Assembly (NCBI GenBank): GCA_951406725.2
Contig: OX597831.1
Coordinates: 19,778,001-19,842,000 of the forward strand
Length of the DNA stretch: 64,000 nt
Reading direction: 5' to 3'
Origin: Octopus vulgaris
Taxonomy: Eukaryota
Shown here: in pieces, positions 1 through 12,947 of the stretch
Position numbering within the stretch: the first letter of the stretch is position 1
Layout: every line of letters begins with the position of its first letter
Position numbers and translations under genes: made by a program
Notes under the pieces: generated by a model
What the model was told of the DNA's origin: nothing
What the model saw: only the letters and a program-made list of their open reading frames with translations
Databases searched by the model: none

Positions 1-57
1 AGTCTTTGACTATTTGTTCTCTCTCACTAGACCGCTGGTAGCGGAAAATTTTTCTAG

Positions 58-102
<45 letters not shown>

Positions 103-105
<3 letters not shown>

Positions 106-440
106 GGTAAAGACCCCCTTCGGTCATGAATGACCATGGGATTGCACCTAGAAAGTTACCCTCCTAGACACAAGTCCGGGCAAGGTTGTTTATGGAAGGC
201 TAGCAGTCGCCCATGCATACCGGCCTCCCCTCTCCACGCCACCAGTGTTATCCAAGGGAAAGACAAAGGTCGATACAGCTTGGCACCTGTGACGTCGCAA
301 CTCATTTCTACAGCTGAGTGAACTGGAGCAACGTGAAATAAAATGCCTTGCTCGAGAACACAACACGCAGCCCGGTCCGGGATTCGAGCTCACAACCTCA
401 CGATCGTAAGCTCGACGCTCTAACCACTGAGCCATGCGCC
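103..440 (-). mobile_element. tRNA-derived SINE flanked by (TA)n
   Basis: Minus strand starts GGCGCATGGCTCAGTGGTTAGAGCG...GCTCGAATCCCGG (A/B boxes), followed by a ~260-bp non-tRNA body. Confidence 0.85.
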
Positions 441-441
441 T

Positions 442-486
<45 letters not shown>

Positions 487-523
487 ATATATGTATATAT
501 ATATATATATGTATATATATATG

Positions 524-554
<31 letters not shown>

Positions 555-579
555 GTATCTATATATGTATATATATATG

Positions 580-626
<47 letters not shown>

Positions 627-628
<2 letters not shown>

Positions 629-938
629 TGGCGCAATGGCCTAGTGGTTAGGGCAGCGAACTCGCGGTTGTAAGATCGCGGTTTCGATTCCCAGACCGGG
701 CGTTGTGAGTGTTTATTGAGCGAAAAACACCTAAAGCTCCACGAGGCTCCGACAGGGGGTGGTGGCGATCCCTGCTGTACTCTTTCGCCACAATTTTCTC
801 TCACTCTTTCTTCTGTTGGCCTGCTCGCTTAGCCAGCGGGGTGGCGTCATTTGAAGGCTAAAACAATGCAAAGCGCATTGTGACCAGCGATGTGTAGCAA
901 CATCTGATAGCCTGGTCGGTCATGGTGATCATGGTGAT
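627..938 (+). mobile_element. tRNA-derived SINE (second family)
   Basis: GGCGCAATGGCCTAGTGGTTAGGGC...GGTTTCGATTCCC head; ends in (CATGGTGAT)2; same head recurs at ~42920-43007 (+) and ~17490-17558 (-). Confidence 0.85.
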
Positions 939-1102
939 ATATATATATATATATATAATTTCATATTTATATTGTATTTATTATTTTAGATTTACTGTTT
1001 TATATTTATATTTCACATATTATTTTACATATTCATATACTATGTTATATATTATTTTATATATTCATATATTATTTTATATATTTTTATGAATGAATAT
1101 AA

Positions 1103-1138
<36 letters not shown>

Positions 1139-1319
1139 TGTATGTATGTATGTATGTATGTATGTATGTGTGTGTGTGTGTGTGTGCATGCATGTATGTA
1201 TAAAACGTAAAAGACTTCATTTTTCTCGGAAGTTAAACTACTACACCTGTTTGTTGTTCCTACACCTGTCTTCGCCTTTTGTTTTTTTATAAATTTCAAC
1301 TATACATACATATATATAT

Positions 1320-1390
<71 letters not shown>

Positions 1391-1490
1391 GGAGTAAACA
1401 CATAAATGTGAAACAAAGTGGAAAAAAAGAGTACTCAAATACCAGTGGTAGAGTAATATGCTCTATTTAAAGCAGCAGAAAATTCAACAA

Positions 1491-1534
1491 AATCTGTTAC
1501 TCTGAGTTTCTCGTTGCCGTTCATCAGACAGATT
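1491..1534 (-). ncRNA. Type-I hammerhead ribozyme motif
   Basis: aatctgt-CTGATGA-acggcaacga-GAAActcagagTA-acagatt; stem I 7 bp. Confidence 0.8.
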
Positions 1535-1538
1535 CTAG

Positions 1539-1588
1539 CAAAATCTGTCTGATGAACGGCAACGAGAAACTCAGAGTAACAGATTTTG
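1539..1588 (+). ncRNA. Type-I hammerhead ribozyme motif
   Basis: caaaatctgt-CTGATGA-acggcaacga-GAAActcagagTA-acagattttg; 10-bp stem I; GUA site, predicted cut after 1578. Confidence 0.85.
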
Positions 1589-1614
1589 TTGAATTTTCTG
1601 CTGCTTTAAATAAA

Positions 1615-1652
<38 letters not shown>

Positions 1653-1713
1653 TCAGGGTGAATACTCGATAATTGTAAGCACCTGTATATACCATTTAGT
1701 GGTGTAGAAAAAT

Positions 1714-1808
<95 letters not shown>

Positions 1809-4134
1809 TACATATATACATATATATATATATACACATACACACACACATATATATACATATAAAAATTTTAACTCGTGTATATATATATACTTGTGTT
1901 TGTACCAGCTAATATTGCCCACGTAATGTAGCGATTCAGCGTAAGAAATCGATAAAATAAGTGCACACCCTAAAAACATCCCTCTGAGAACGCTTTGATG
2001 GACTATAATCTTCAAGCCCGTGCTGCAACATGGCCGCATTTCAATAACTAAAGCAAGCAAAATAAAACAAACATAAATGAATAACTGAACCAGAAGAAAA
2101 CGTCTTGATTGCATCACTGTAAGCACTAATCTTCAAAAATCTAATCTGTAATCTCTGTTCAGTTTAATCTTCAGTCTTCATCCAGACTTCCCACTAGTTT
2201 GTCCATTATGCAACACATCTTTACCACTGTGTTATAAAACATAAAGATTTTTAAGATTGTACGCACTGTTTTCCAAGTTATTAATACTACAGCGTATCAC
2301 CAGACTAAGATAATAAACTGCTGTCTTTATTGGATATTTATCATCCTTCATCCAGATCTATTTCTTTTAGATTATATTTTGTTTTCGAGAAAACCTTGAC
2401 CGGTCTTTCTTAAGTTATTACAAAATTCAATTATTACGAGTGTTCCGACGAACAAATTTAATCTTTGATTTAAAGAGAAAAAAAAATACAAGTTATTGAT
2501 TCTCACCAGGAGAGGGCGGGAGGCAGTGAAAAGCCGATAATAGCAACTGAGCTATGAGATGACGCAATGAGCGGTTGTGTGGAAGGGGGAAATTATTTGG
2601 TTAAGATGGAGTTTTATGATAAAATGCCAGATTTGTTCACTATCGTCGTGGTAGACATCTCTTGAAACTAGCAGCAGATTGCATGCATTCCCAGTTGCAT
2701 CTGCGAGGGTGTGGAGCCGCTGATAAAAACAAGATAAGGCCAAGAGAGATGTCATGGACAAATTCAGACCGGCAGTTTTGTTAAATATAGAGGTGAAGAT
2801 ATAGGCCAAGGTGCCTGCTAAAAGGTCGACACTAGTATCTTCCAATTTAAGGATGACCAACCTAAAACAATCTCCACCTCGTATGATACACGTAGAGAAG
2901 GGTCGTTTTAGATCTGACTTTCACAGAGGTCTGGTCAATTTAAATCAATCTGAAATATCCAAACGGTCTACCATTGCTATCTGGTGGCTACACTTAAATT
3001 TCATTTTCAGCAGCATCTCTTCGTTGGTCCAAACTAAATGACACCAACTGAAATTGTTTCAAATTACGAACTTGGTCCATCAAGGATATCCCTCACGTCG
3101 CTCATGCACGTTTTTTTTTTTTTTGTGTGTTCTTGATCCACAATTACTGAATGAAGTTCGGTACGTTGCTCCTTACGACGTATTGCACAAAAGGGACGTG
3201 GATGTACGCAAAAACTGCGTTGCTGTCAAACATTTCAGAAACCAAAATGGTGGCGGCACATTTCTGAAAGCATTTAAAGTGAGTACAAAAGTATATTTAT
3301 ACCAGGGCAAGTGTATGGGCCTACAATTCGGCACCTGAGAAGGCAGTTCCACAACACATTCATAATTTTCATCAAATTCTGGACATTACTATCTCAAGCG
3401 GCGTTAGGACTCATAAGACCTGTACTCAATTTCTATAGCGTAAAAATGACCGAAATCATTGAATGGGAGGCCAGTCTGTCGCAGGGTTGCTCATTCACAG
3501 CTAAGTGAACTGCTCAAGGATACAACACACAACCCAGTCCTTGAATCGAAACCACAATCTTGCGACTATGTGTGCAACACCCTAACCACTAAGCGAGGCG
3601 CCTTCTGTTTGCTGTTAAATATAGGTCAAGGTACTTGGAATCTAATTTATTTCGGATATTCAGGTGGAAAGAAACTGTGGCGAGATTAAGATCAGGGTCG
3701 TACATCTCTCAGAAATATCCTTAGATAAAGTTGTTCGACGTCACTTTGCGAACTTGATCAACGCTTTGGGGATCTATGGCCGTTTGATTGTGCGCCTTGC
3801 TCCAAGCTACATCGTAAGCAAACCGGAGCATCCGCCTACGAGGTCTCTGATGCCTTCAGCTGGTTAGAGCGTTGACCTGCTGTCAACGTCGCCCATGCTA
3901 ATGTCTTGGAATGAGTGTTATGGCAAATGACACCCAGAAATGAATTCATATCAAAAATGCTACCGGGCGGCTCAAGGTCTCAACTAATGGGTAATGTCAA
4001 ACATTAACCCTTGCAGTCTATAGGGATTTAACACGAGAGTTACATAAAAGTCTTTAGCCTGACTATAAAATGAAAATAAAAATGATTAATCTTTCCTTGC
4101 TGTAAGCACGAGGTTAAGATGCTTGTGCATGAGT

Positions 4135-4545
4135 ATTTTGTGTTTGTGTTTGTCCTCCCCTCCGCTTGACAACCGATACTGGTTTGTTTACGCCCTCGTA
4201 ACTTAGCAGTTCGGCAAAAGGGCCGATAGGATATGTACCAACATTAAGAAGGAAAAAGAAGTACTAGTGTTGATTTATTTCACTACAACCCTTCAAGCTG
4301 CTGCTCCAGCAAGGCCGCGACCCAATTACTGAAAAATTTAACAGATAACAGATGTCATTATATAACATTTTTCGTTATAGGCGCAAGCATAGCTGTGTGG
4401 TAAGAAGCTTGCTTCCCAACCACATGTTCCGGGTTCAGTCCCACTGCGGAATACCCTGGGCAAGTGCCTTCTTCTATAGACCCAGGCCGAATAAAGACTT
4501 GTGAGTGGATTTGATAGACGGAAATTGAAAGAAGTACGTTGTATG
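4135..4545 (+). mobile_element. Fragments of the dominant SINE (3' half, then a 5' half)
   Basis: cttgacaaccgat...gtaacttagc tail and GCTGTGTGGTAAGAAGCTTGC...GGGTTCAGTCCC head; another tail at ~5010-5225. Confidence 0.75.
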
Positions 4546-5759
4546 TAAGTATATATATATATTATATTATATTATATTATATAATATTATATAATATTAT
4601 ATTATATTATATTATATTATATTATATTATATTATATTATATTATATCATATCATATTATATCATATCATATTATACTATATTATATTAGAGGAAAAATC
4701 AAACCTAGCCAGAACGAGTATCTCAGGTGATTTAAGATCATTTAATATTAAGGTAAGGTGAATTTGAAGTCTTACAGCTGTTTCTGTAGTAACCCAAGTG
4801 GTTGTCTGCAGATCTGTATCCTGGATATTCTGCCACAAGGTATGAATATTTTATACGGTGAAAATTTACAGTTTATAAAGAATAAAATAGAATAAGAAAA
4901 ATATAGGCAAGAGAATAATATTCACAACTCATCTTTTTCCAGAGAATATGGATGTTGGTCAGTACTTCCATGAAGGTACAGGTTTTTAGATATATATATG
5001 TATATATATCAATGTGTGTCTGTGTTTGTCCCCCCATACCAGTACCGCTTGACAACCGATGCTGGTGTGTCTACGTACCCGTAACTTAGCGATACGGCAA
5101 AAAAAAAGAGATCGATAGCATAAATACTAGGCTTTAAAAAACTAAGTGTTGGGAGGATAAACATTCAACGAAGCGGTGCCCCAGCATGGCCGTCGTCAAA
5201 TGCCTGAAGCAACTAAAAGATATAAAGACGTCATTATATGTCATTATATGTTGCGTTCAAGTACTTTCACAACGGCCCCACCCGACCGCTTCGGATGTCA
5301 GGAGTATGTAATAGTATAATCAACGGGGTCTTTTTATCCCTCCCATCTGTTTTGATGAGATCAAGCCCTTATCTCTCGCTCTCTCTTTCTCTTTCCGTTT
5401 TTACATTTTTTTTTCATTTTCTTCTTCTTTTCTTTTTTTTAAGTACCACTTGAAGTAGAAAGTACGGAAAACACTGTCTCTCTTTCTTACAGGTTTGAAA
5501 TGATTGGCAATAAATATTGTCCACACACGCACGCACATACACACACATGTATGTTTATATATCCACACGCGCGCAAATACACACACACACATACATATAT
5601 GTGTGTGCTTGCGTGTACCTATGTGTTTGTATATATATATTATATACTATATATGTATGTATATAAACATACTTATACATTCACATACACATAAATACAT
5701 ATCATACATTATACACACACACACACACACATATATATATATGTATGTATTATTTTATT

Positions 5760-6140
5760 CTTTTATTTGCTTCAGTCATTTTGACTGCGACCATGCTGGA
5801 ACACCGCCTTTTAGTAGAACAAATCGACCCCAGGACTTATTCTTTGTGACCCTAGTACTTATTCTATCGATGTTTTTTGCCGAACCGCTAAGTTTCGGGG
5901 ACGTAAACACACGAACACTAGTTGTCAAGCGATGGAGAAAGGAGGACAAACAGACACATAAATACGTGTATATATATATATATATACACACGACGGGCTT
6001 CTTTCAGCTTCTGTCTACCAAATTCACCCACAAGGCTTTGGTCGGCCCAAGGCTATAGTAGAGACTCTTGACGAAGGTACCACGCAGTGAGACTGAACCT
6101 GGAATCATGTGGTTGGGAAACAAGCACCTTACCACACAAC
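5760..6140 (-). mobile_element. Dominant tRNA-derived SINE
   Basis: Matches the full copies at 9155-9556 and 39245-39634. Confidence 0.8.
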
Positions 6141-6148
6141 CACATACA

Positions 6149-6202
<54 letters not shown>

Positions 6203-6576
6203 TAATATAAATATTTACACTCACATAAATGTGTGTATATGTGGGTGGGTGCTTGTGGGATGCGCGTGCGCATGTGTATGTAGCCAAGCCCTCATCTTCT
6301 TTTCAAGTACTACTTGAAGAGGATGATGTAGGTGGAGGGGCATTAGCTGTCCGTCAGTAAATTGGTTGAAATATAGATGAGAATGGCGAACATGGCCTAG
6401 TTGCTTAAATCTCGATTTATGAGAGCAAACTGTGCGCATTTTTATTAAAGGTTTTAGCCACGGAGTAATGGGCAATACCAATGACCCTTTATTTTTCATA
6501 GTACTGGAGACAGGTGAGAAGAAGAGAGGCTTTTTTTTACTCGAACAGGAGACCCGACCCGAATGAATGCAATAAA

Positions 6577-6998
6577 TTAAAATACTCCGTTAAAAGCACC
6601 TGATTTAAATAATCCATTCAGAGCAGCTGATTTAAATAATCCAGTCAGAGAACCCGGTTAAGAGAATGCGTTAAAGAGACCCAAGTAAAATATTTTGTTA
6701 AATACACTCGGTTAAAATGAACTGTTAAAGATATCCCATTAAAATAATTCTTTAATGGTATCAGATTAAGATAGTCTCTTTAAAATACCCGTTTAAAATA
6801 ATCCGTTACAGACTCTTGGTTAAGATAATCCGCTTAAAACACGGAAATAAAAGAAATTGGTAAATGTATCCGATTAAAATACTTCGTTAAAGTCACCCGT
6901 TTAAATACTCCTTTACAGACACCTCATTAAAATAGACACCTAATTAAAAGAATTTGTTAAATACCCTCGATTTAAATAATCTGTTCAAAGAACCCGAG
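6577..6998. repeat. Degenerate minisatellite, ~27-bp unit of alternating 13/14-bp TTAA-led halves
   Basis: TTAAAATAATCCG / TTAAAGAGACCCGG-like subunits recur about 30 times. Confidence 0.7.
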
Positions 6999-7364
6999 TG
7001 CTAACGAGTATATAAGATATTGTTAAACTGGCTGAGGATTCATGACTAACATCCGAGATTACAGATCACAAAAGACTGCCTTTATATCAAAGGTATCCCG
7101 CCCTGCCTTTTACCAATTTAGGCAATTCACCGCCCTCAATTAGCATTCCATTTTTTTTTTGTACTGTATTGTCTTCTATTTGTCCTTGTGTCAGCCCAAA
7201 ATCGAGCAGACATGCAATCTAGGGCATTCCATCATTTTGGAATTATGAAAAGGTCAAGACTTACAATCTGCAATGTGTCGTCTCCATATTCATGGCGGGA
7301 GATGCTTGATTTGAAGGGGGTTTTTTTCTCAGATCAACTTGTCCACATAAATTCTCTTTCGTTG

Positions 7365-7526
7365 CATTTTTTACATTATTTACATTCGACAGATATTTCT
7401 CCTCATTTTGTTTGTTGTTAACATAACGTTTCGACTGATATACACTTCAACCTTCATTAGGTGTCTTGGGGAAATTTCGAACGTGGGTTCTCATTCCTCA
7501 GGTATTTTTCGATATTATTATTATTA

Positions 7527-7575
<49 letters not shown>

Positions 7576-7744
7576 CATTATTCTTATTCAGGTCACTGCC
7601 TGGAATTGAATTCGGAATCTTGGGGTTAGTAGCCCGCGCTCTTAACCACTACGTCATATGCCTGCTGTGTTAACAACAAACAAGATGAGGACAAATATCC
7701 GTCAAATGTAAATAATGTAATCATCTCTTAAATATCGAACTGAA
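7365..7744 (-). mobile_element. tRNA-headed SINE-like element with degenerate hammerhead and inverted terminal duplication
   Basis: Head 7662-7588 with A/B boxes, (AAT)n, hammerhead-like motif 7464-7421, inverted repeat 7371-7425/7666-7720, 12-bp direct repeat TCTCTTTCGTTG at 7353 and 7745. Confidence 0.7.
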
Positions 7745-7934
7745 TCTCTTTCGTTGGTTCGTTCGTTTCAGTCATTGGACTTGAAAGGGTAAATGGAACA
7801 AATCGAACCTGCCACTAATGTTTTCAATTTGGTATTTATCCTATGGAGCCTTTTACCGAACCGCTAACTTACGGGGATGTGAATTAGCCAACAAGTTCAA
7901 ACATATACACACACATACATACATACAAACATAT

Positions 7935-8005
<71 letters not shown>

Positions 8006-8418
8006 CTTCTCTTTCTATCAATTTACCAGTCAACCAAATGCACTCACGTGACTTTGGTCGGCCCAGGCTATAGTGGATACGTATCCAAGTACCGCAGGTT
8101 GAAATTGAAACCAAGACCACAAGGCTGGGAAGTAGGCCTCTTGTTTACACAGCCACGCCTGCGCCTATATAGTTTAGATTTTATAATTCGTGTCAATTTC
8201 TGGATTCCTGTATTTTTTCTTGTATTGCTGTTTATTTTATTTTTTCTTAATACAGCCATTACATCTTTCGTTTTTGGATTTGGTTTGCAAGATTCTTTAT
8301 ATGAGTTCGTGCGTTGAAGCATATTCTGTTGTGTCTGCGGAGAGTCGTTTTCTTTTTGTGGCTTATAATTTAACACACTCACCGGTAAACTTTCCACTTA
8401 CTTCTTATTTTTATTTTC

Positions 8419-8455
8419 CTAAAATTTTCGTTGCGTCTTGCAACCTTTTCAATAG
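8419..8455 (-). ncRNA. Minimal hammerhead motif, U3-A8 variant
   Basis: cta-TTGAAAA-g-gttgc-aagac-gcaac-GAAAatTT-tag. Confidence 0.55.
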
Positions 8456-9154
8456 TCTTTGAAATGAATCTCCCCAGATACAGCAGAATCAACCATCACA
8501 TCGTTTACTGTTGAAGGTGGTCTTCTGTGGAATTTTTTACAAAATAACCTGCACAAAAGATTTGTTTAGAGTAATCAAATTTATGTGCTGCAAATTAGCT
8601 CACTCTGTCTATCAAATTAACGTTACCTGAACAAGTGCACAGTGTACCACACGTCAGGTGTCAAAGTTATCGCAGAGTAAAGAGTGGAGAAGTGTTTTGT
8701 TCAAGTACTGGAACTGAAATCATGATCTAGAGATCATGAGCGCAACACCATGCGCCCTCGACCCGTTTACTATTAGTAATGTATATGTTCCTATGCACTC
8801 CAAATCTTATTCATTATTGACTCTAAATTATTTTGCACTGCCATAGATCTTTATATTCCTTCTGTACCATATTTTGGCTGGAAGGGGGCTGCATGTAAAT
8901 ATGACAAATACAAGCTTTTCATCGTCGCTTATATAATCAGGTGTGTTTCTTTATTTTATATCCATAACCCCACTTTTGTGAACTGCGACCTCGTTTACTT
9001 ACAAGTTTCCAACAGAACAATGACTAGTTTCCTTCAGGAATTGAACCAGCGACATCATGGTCATGAGTAAGTCGAATGCCCTAATTATTGACCCACGTCC
9101 CTTCACGATCAGTTTTTTAGAATAGTTCAAATACTGAACATGATGTAGTTTCTC

Positions 9155-9556
9155 TTTTACTCTTTTACTTGTTTCAGTCATTTGACTGCGGCTATGCTGG
9201 AGCACCGCCTTTATTCGTGCAAGTCGACTTATTCTTTGCAAACCTAGTACTTATTCTATCGGTTTCTTTTGCCGAACCGCTAAGTTACGGGGACGTAAAC
9301 ACACCAGCATCGGTTGTCAAGCGATGGTGAGGAGGAGACAAACACAGACAAACAGACATACACAAACACATATACATATATATACGTATATACAACGGGC
9401 TTCCTTCAGTTTCCATCTACCAAATCCACTCACAAGGCTTTGGTCGCCCCGAGGCTATAGTAGAAGACACTTGCGCAGGGTACCACGCTGTGAGACTGAA
9501 CCCGGAATCGTGTGGTTGGTAAGCTAGCTACTTACCACACAGCCACTCCTGCGCCT
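9155..9556 (-). mobile_element. Full-length dominant SINE
   Basis: GGCGCAGGAGTGGCTGTGTGGTAAG head, internal microsatellite, GGCGGTGCTCCAGCATAGCCGCAGTCAAATGACTGAAAC tail. Confidence 0.9.
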
Positions 9557-9931
9557 ATGTTTACTTGTTTAACTATTTATTATTTTTTTTATAGGCGTAG
9601 GAGTGGCTGTGTGGTAAGTAGCTTACTAACAAACCACATGGTTCCGGTTTCATGTACGTCTGTGTTTGTCATACTAAAACAAATAAAATTAAGAACTGCA
9701 ACAAATTCAGTGTAAAAGTGTAGAGGCAGAGGCAGACAGAGACAGGCTGACAGTCAGACAGAGGCAGATATACATCAGCACCCTGGTTGGTACTTATTAC
9801 ACCTAAGTTTGCACGGAGCAACGTGAAATGTCTTGCTCAAGGACACACCACGCGTCCTATCTAGGAATTGAACATGCAACGTTATGATCGTGAGCTGAAC
9901 ACTGTTACCATTCAGTCGTGCGCCGTTACTG

Positions 9932-9962
<31 letters not shown>

Positions 9963-10118
9963 ACACCAACTATAAACAAACATGCCCCCACTGAAATGTA
10001 CAGATGATCCTACTCTCTCTCTCTCTCTCTCTTTCTTTCTCCTTCTCTCTCTTTCTTTCTCCTTCTCTCTCTTTTTATCTATACTAATGTGTTCATTAAT
10101 TAAATTCTATGTCTTTGT

Positions 10119-10203
10119 GCAGCTGAAGATTGCTCTACATTTTAAATTGATGTAATGATTGTATTGTTCAATTAAATGGAGTTGCATGAAACGATTGTAC
10201 TGC
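10119..10203 (+). ncRNA. Hammerhead motif with long stem II
   Basis: gcag-CTGAAGA-(58 nt)-GAAAcgattgTA-ctgc. Confidence 0.7.
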
Positions 10204-10241
10204 GTTGCCTCTGGATATCCTTGCTGCTTATTTTGATTTTT

Positions 10242-10316
<75 letters not shown>

Positions 10317-10453
10317 CTGCTTGACTGAGTGGGTGTGTGTGTGTCTCTGCGTGTGTGTTTCTTTCTCGCTCTCTATCTGAATGTGTGTGCGTCGCTCTCT
10401 CACTCTCTCTCTCTTTCTCTTATTCTCTCTTTCTCTCCCTTTTTCTTTTTCTT

Positions 10454-10489
<36 letters not shown>

Positions 10490-10828
10490 CCGAATTTACG
10501 TGGCCGCTAGACCTGCTAGAATTAGTAGTCAAGTTTTCTTCAAATCACTCTCAACCTACTTAATAAAGGAAAAGCACACAATATCTAAACTAAAGGAGAG
10601 ATGATCATGGCTGGAATGTCTTAAGGTCAAAAGCCGGTGTGCCCATTAATGACTGACCAGGAGCCATACAACAATATCAGAGTTTATTCAGATAACACAC
10701 ACACACACAAACAAATACACACACACACACACACAAACAAATACACACACACACAAACACACACACACACAAACACATACATATGCACACAAACAAAAAC
10801 ACACAATCATACATATATACACACGCAT

Positions 10829-10860
<32 letters not shown>

Positions 10861-11744
10861 TCATACACTAATACATTCACACAGACACGTAATAGTACAC
10901 ACGATCATTAGCCTACACTTACAGGCACACATACACACATACACACACATACACACACAAACACACACAGACGCACGCGCGCGACACACACACACACATA
11001 AAAACACGCTCCTTAGCCAATATACACACACAAGTAAACATACACACGTACACATAAATGGGGACATACACACGCTCACACACACACATACACATACAAA
11101 CACACACACACACAGACGGACGCACACACACACGCATATGCGCGCGCGCACATAAAAATACGCTTCTTAGCCAATACATACACGCGCGCAAACACACGTA
11201 CGTACACAAGAATAGACACACACACATACACACAAATTCTTCCTTATTTTCTCTCTCTTTTTCTTTCTCTCTTTCCCTCCTTCCCCTTCTCTCCCTCTCT
11301 CTCTCTCCCTCTCTTTACATGCCACTGGGTCTCTTAAAACTGAATGATGCATTGTCCTACATATCCCTACCACTTCTAAACCAAGAAGTCAGTTCAATGG
11401 CCGCTACTGGATCCACGGACTCAAAACGGCTGCCCAATGCGGTCGATAATGCGATTATTTCAATATAATAGAACTGAATTTGTATTAGTGTTTATCAATT
11501 TCGTTAAGTATCTTTAACTATTTCTCATTAAAAAACAAGTCAGTAATCAAACACACACAAACAGGAATGGCTGTGTGGTAAGTAGCTTGCTTACCAACCA
11601 CATGGTTCCGGGTTTAGTTCCACTGCGTAGCACCTTTGGAAAGTGTCTTCTACTATAACCACGGGCCGACTAAAGCCTTGTAAGTGGATTTGGTAGACAG
11701 AAACTAAAAGAAGCCCGTCGTATATATATACACACACTCACACA

Positions 11745-11780
<36 letters not shown>

Positions 11781-11807
11781 TACATACATACATACATACA
11801 TACATAC

Positions 11808-11848
<41 letters not shown>

Positions 11849-12169
11849 TATATATGCATATATCGGTACAGGGCGTTACCAATGGTGCAAATACCAAGAA
11901 ATACGTAAAAAACGAGAAAAAATGGAAAATAGGACAAGTAAACACAGAGAAAGGACCCTTCATATGTTGTCGGCTGTCTAATCTACCCATCATTTCGAGT
12001 ATTCAATGACAATATGATTCTTGAAAGACAATTGCTCCCATAAATTCTAAAATTAAATTTAGGATTTATGGAAGGTCAATAGTGGGAACAAAAACTGATA
12101 GTAGACACATACAAGGAAACCGAACGAAAACAAATGTGGAGTGCCGTTAGAACAGAACGATATATATAC

Positions 12170-12245
<76 letters not shown>

Positions 12246-12250
<5 letters not shown>

Positions 12251-12460
12251 ATCCAAACATGAAAACACAAAGAGAAAACACAACAACGCGAGGACGTGGA
12301 ACAAATATAGTATTATTGGACGCTCAAGAAGGAAGGGAAGAAGGAAGGTTTAACGTTTCGAGCGGAGCTCTTCGTCGGAAACATAGGAGAAGAAAAGATC
12401 CAGAGAAGGGAAGACAGATGAAAAAAAATCGCCAACGGTACACACGAGGTCACATTTTGA
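12246..12460 (-). mobile_element. Short repeat with minimal hammerhead-like motif (12348-12382, U4C core)
   Basis: gttt-CCGACGA-a-gagc-tcc-gctc-GAAAcgTT-aaac; second copy at 41057-41230. Confidence 0.65.
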
Positions 12461-12658
12461 ATGTTTACATACATACATACATACATAAATACATACATAC
12501 ATACATACATACATACATACATACATACATACATACATACATAAATACTTACGTTCATACATACATACATTCATTTGCGTGTGTGTGTAGATAGACGGAT
12601 AGATACATAGATAGCTAGACATGAATACATACATGCATACATACACACTCACGCATAC

Positions 12659-12703
<45 letters not shown>

Positions 12704-12871
12704 TGGTGAGAGTGTGAAACCGGCGAAAATTTCCGGTTTAATGTGAAAGAATGGCAATCTAGATAAACACAGAGGGATTGCACATAACTACAAACACACG
12801 CGCACACAAACATACGAACACATACATACATACATACATACATACATACATACATACATACATACTTACTA

Positions 12872-12947
12872 CTCTGTTATTGATGTTGAAATTCCAAGGA
12901 AGCAACCTTGGATCTAGGTTAGAAACCGGTTCTTTCTCTATTAGCAG
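12872..12947 (-). mobile_element. Short retroposon 3' end with (ATGT)n tail
   Basis: Homologous to 58250-58326 and 62412-62493; each is followed by (ATGT)n-like repeats. Confidence 0.6.

Noticed and set aside
370-440. tRNA gene-like sequences here and at 627-700 and 7588-7662
   Set aside because: They continue into repeat bodies without a proper acceptor stem or terminator, so they are SINE heads
2500-3330. Unique-looking block that may be a decayed transposase or exon
   Set aside because: No recognisable protein motif in the listed frames
4770-4790. GAAACAGCTGTA hammerhead 3' half (minus)
   Set aside because: No upstream CUGANGA found; at most a truncated relic
6577-6998. CRISPR-like periodic array
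   Set aside because: No constant repeat with unique spacers, no cas genes, eukaryotic context
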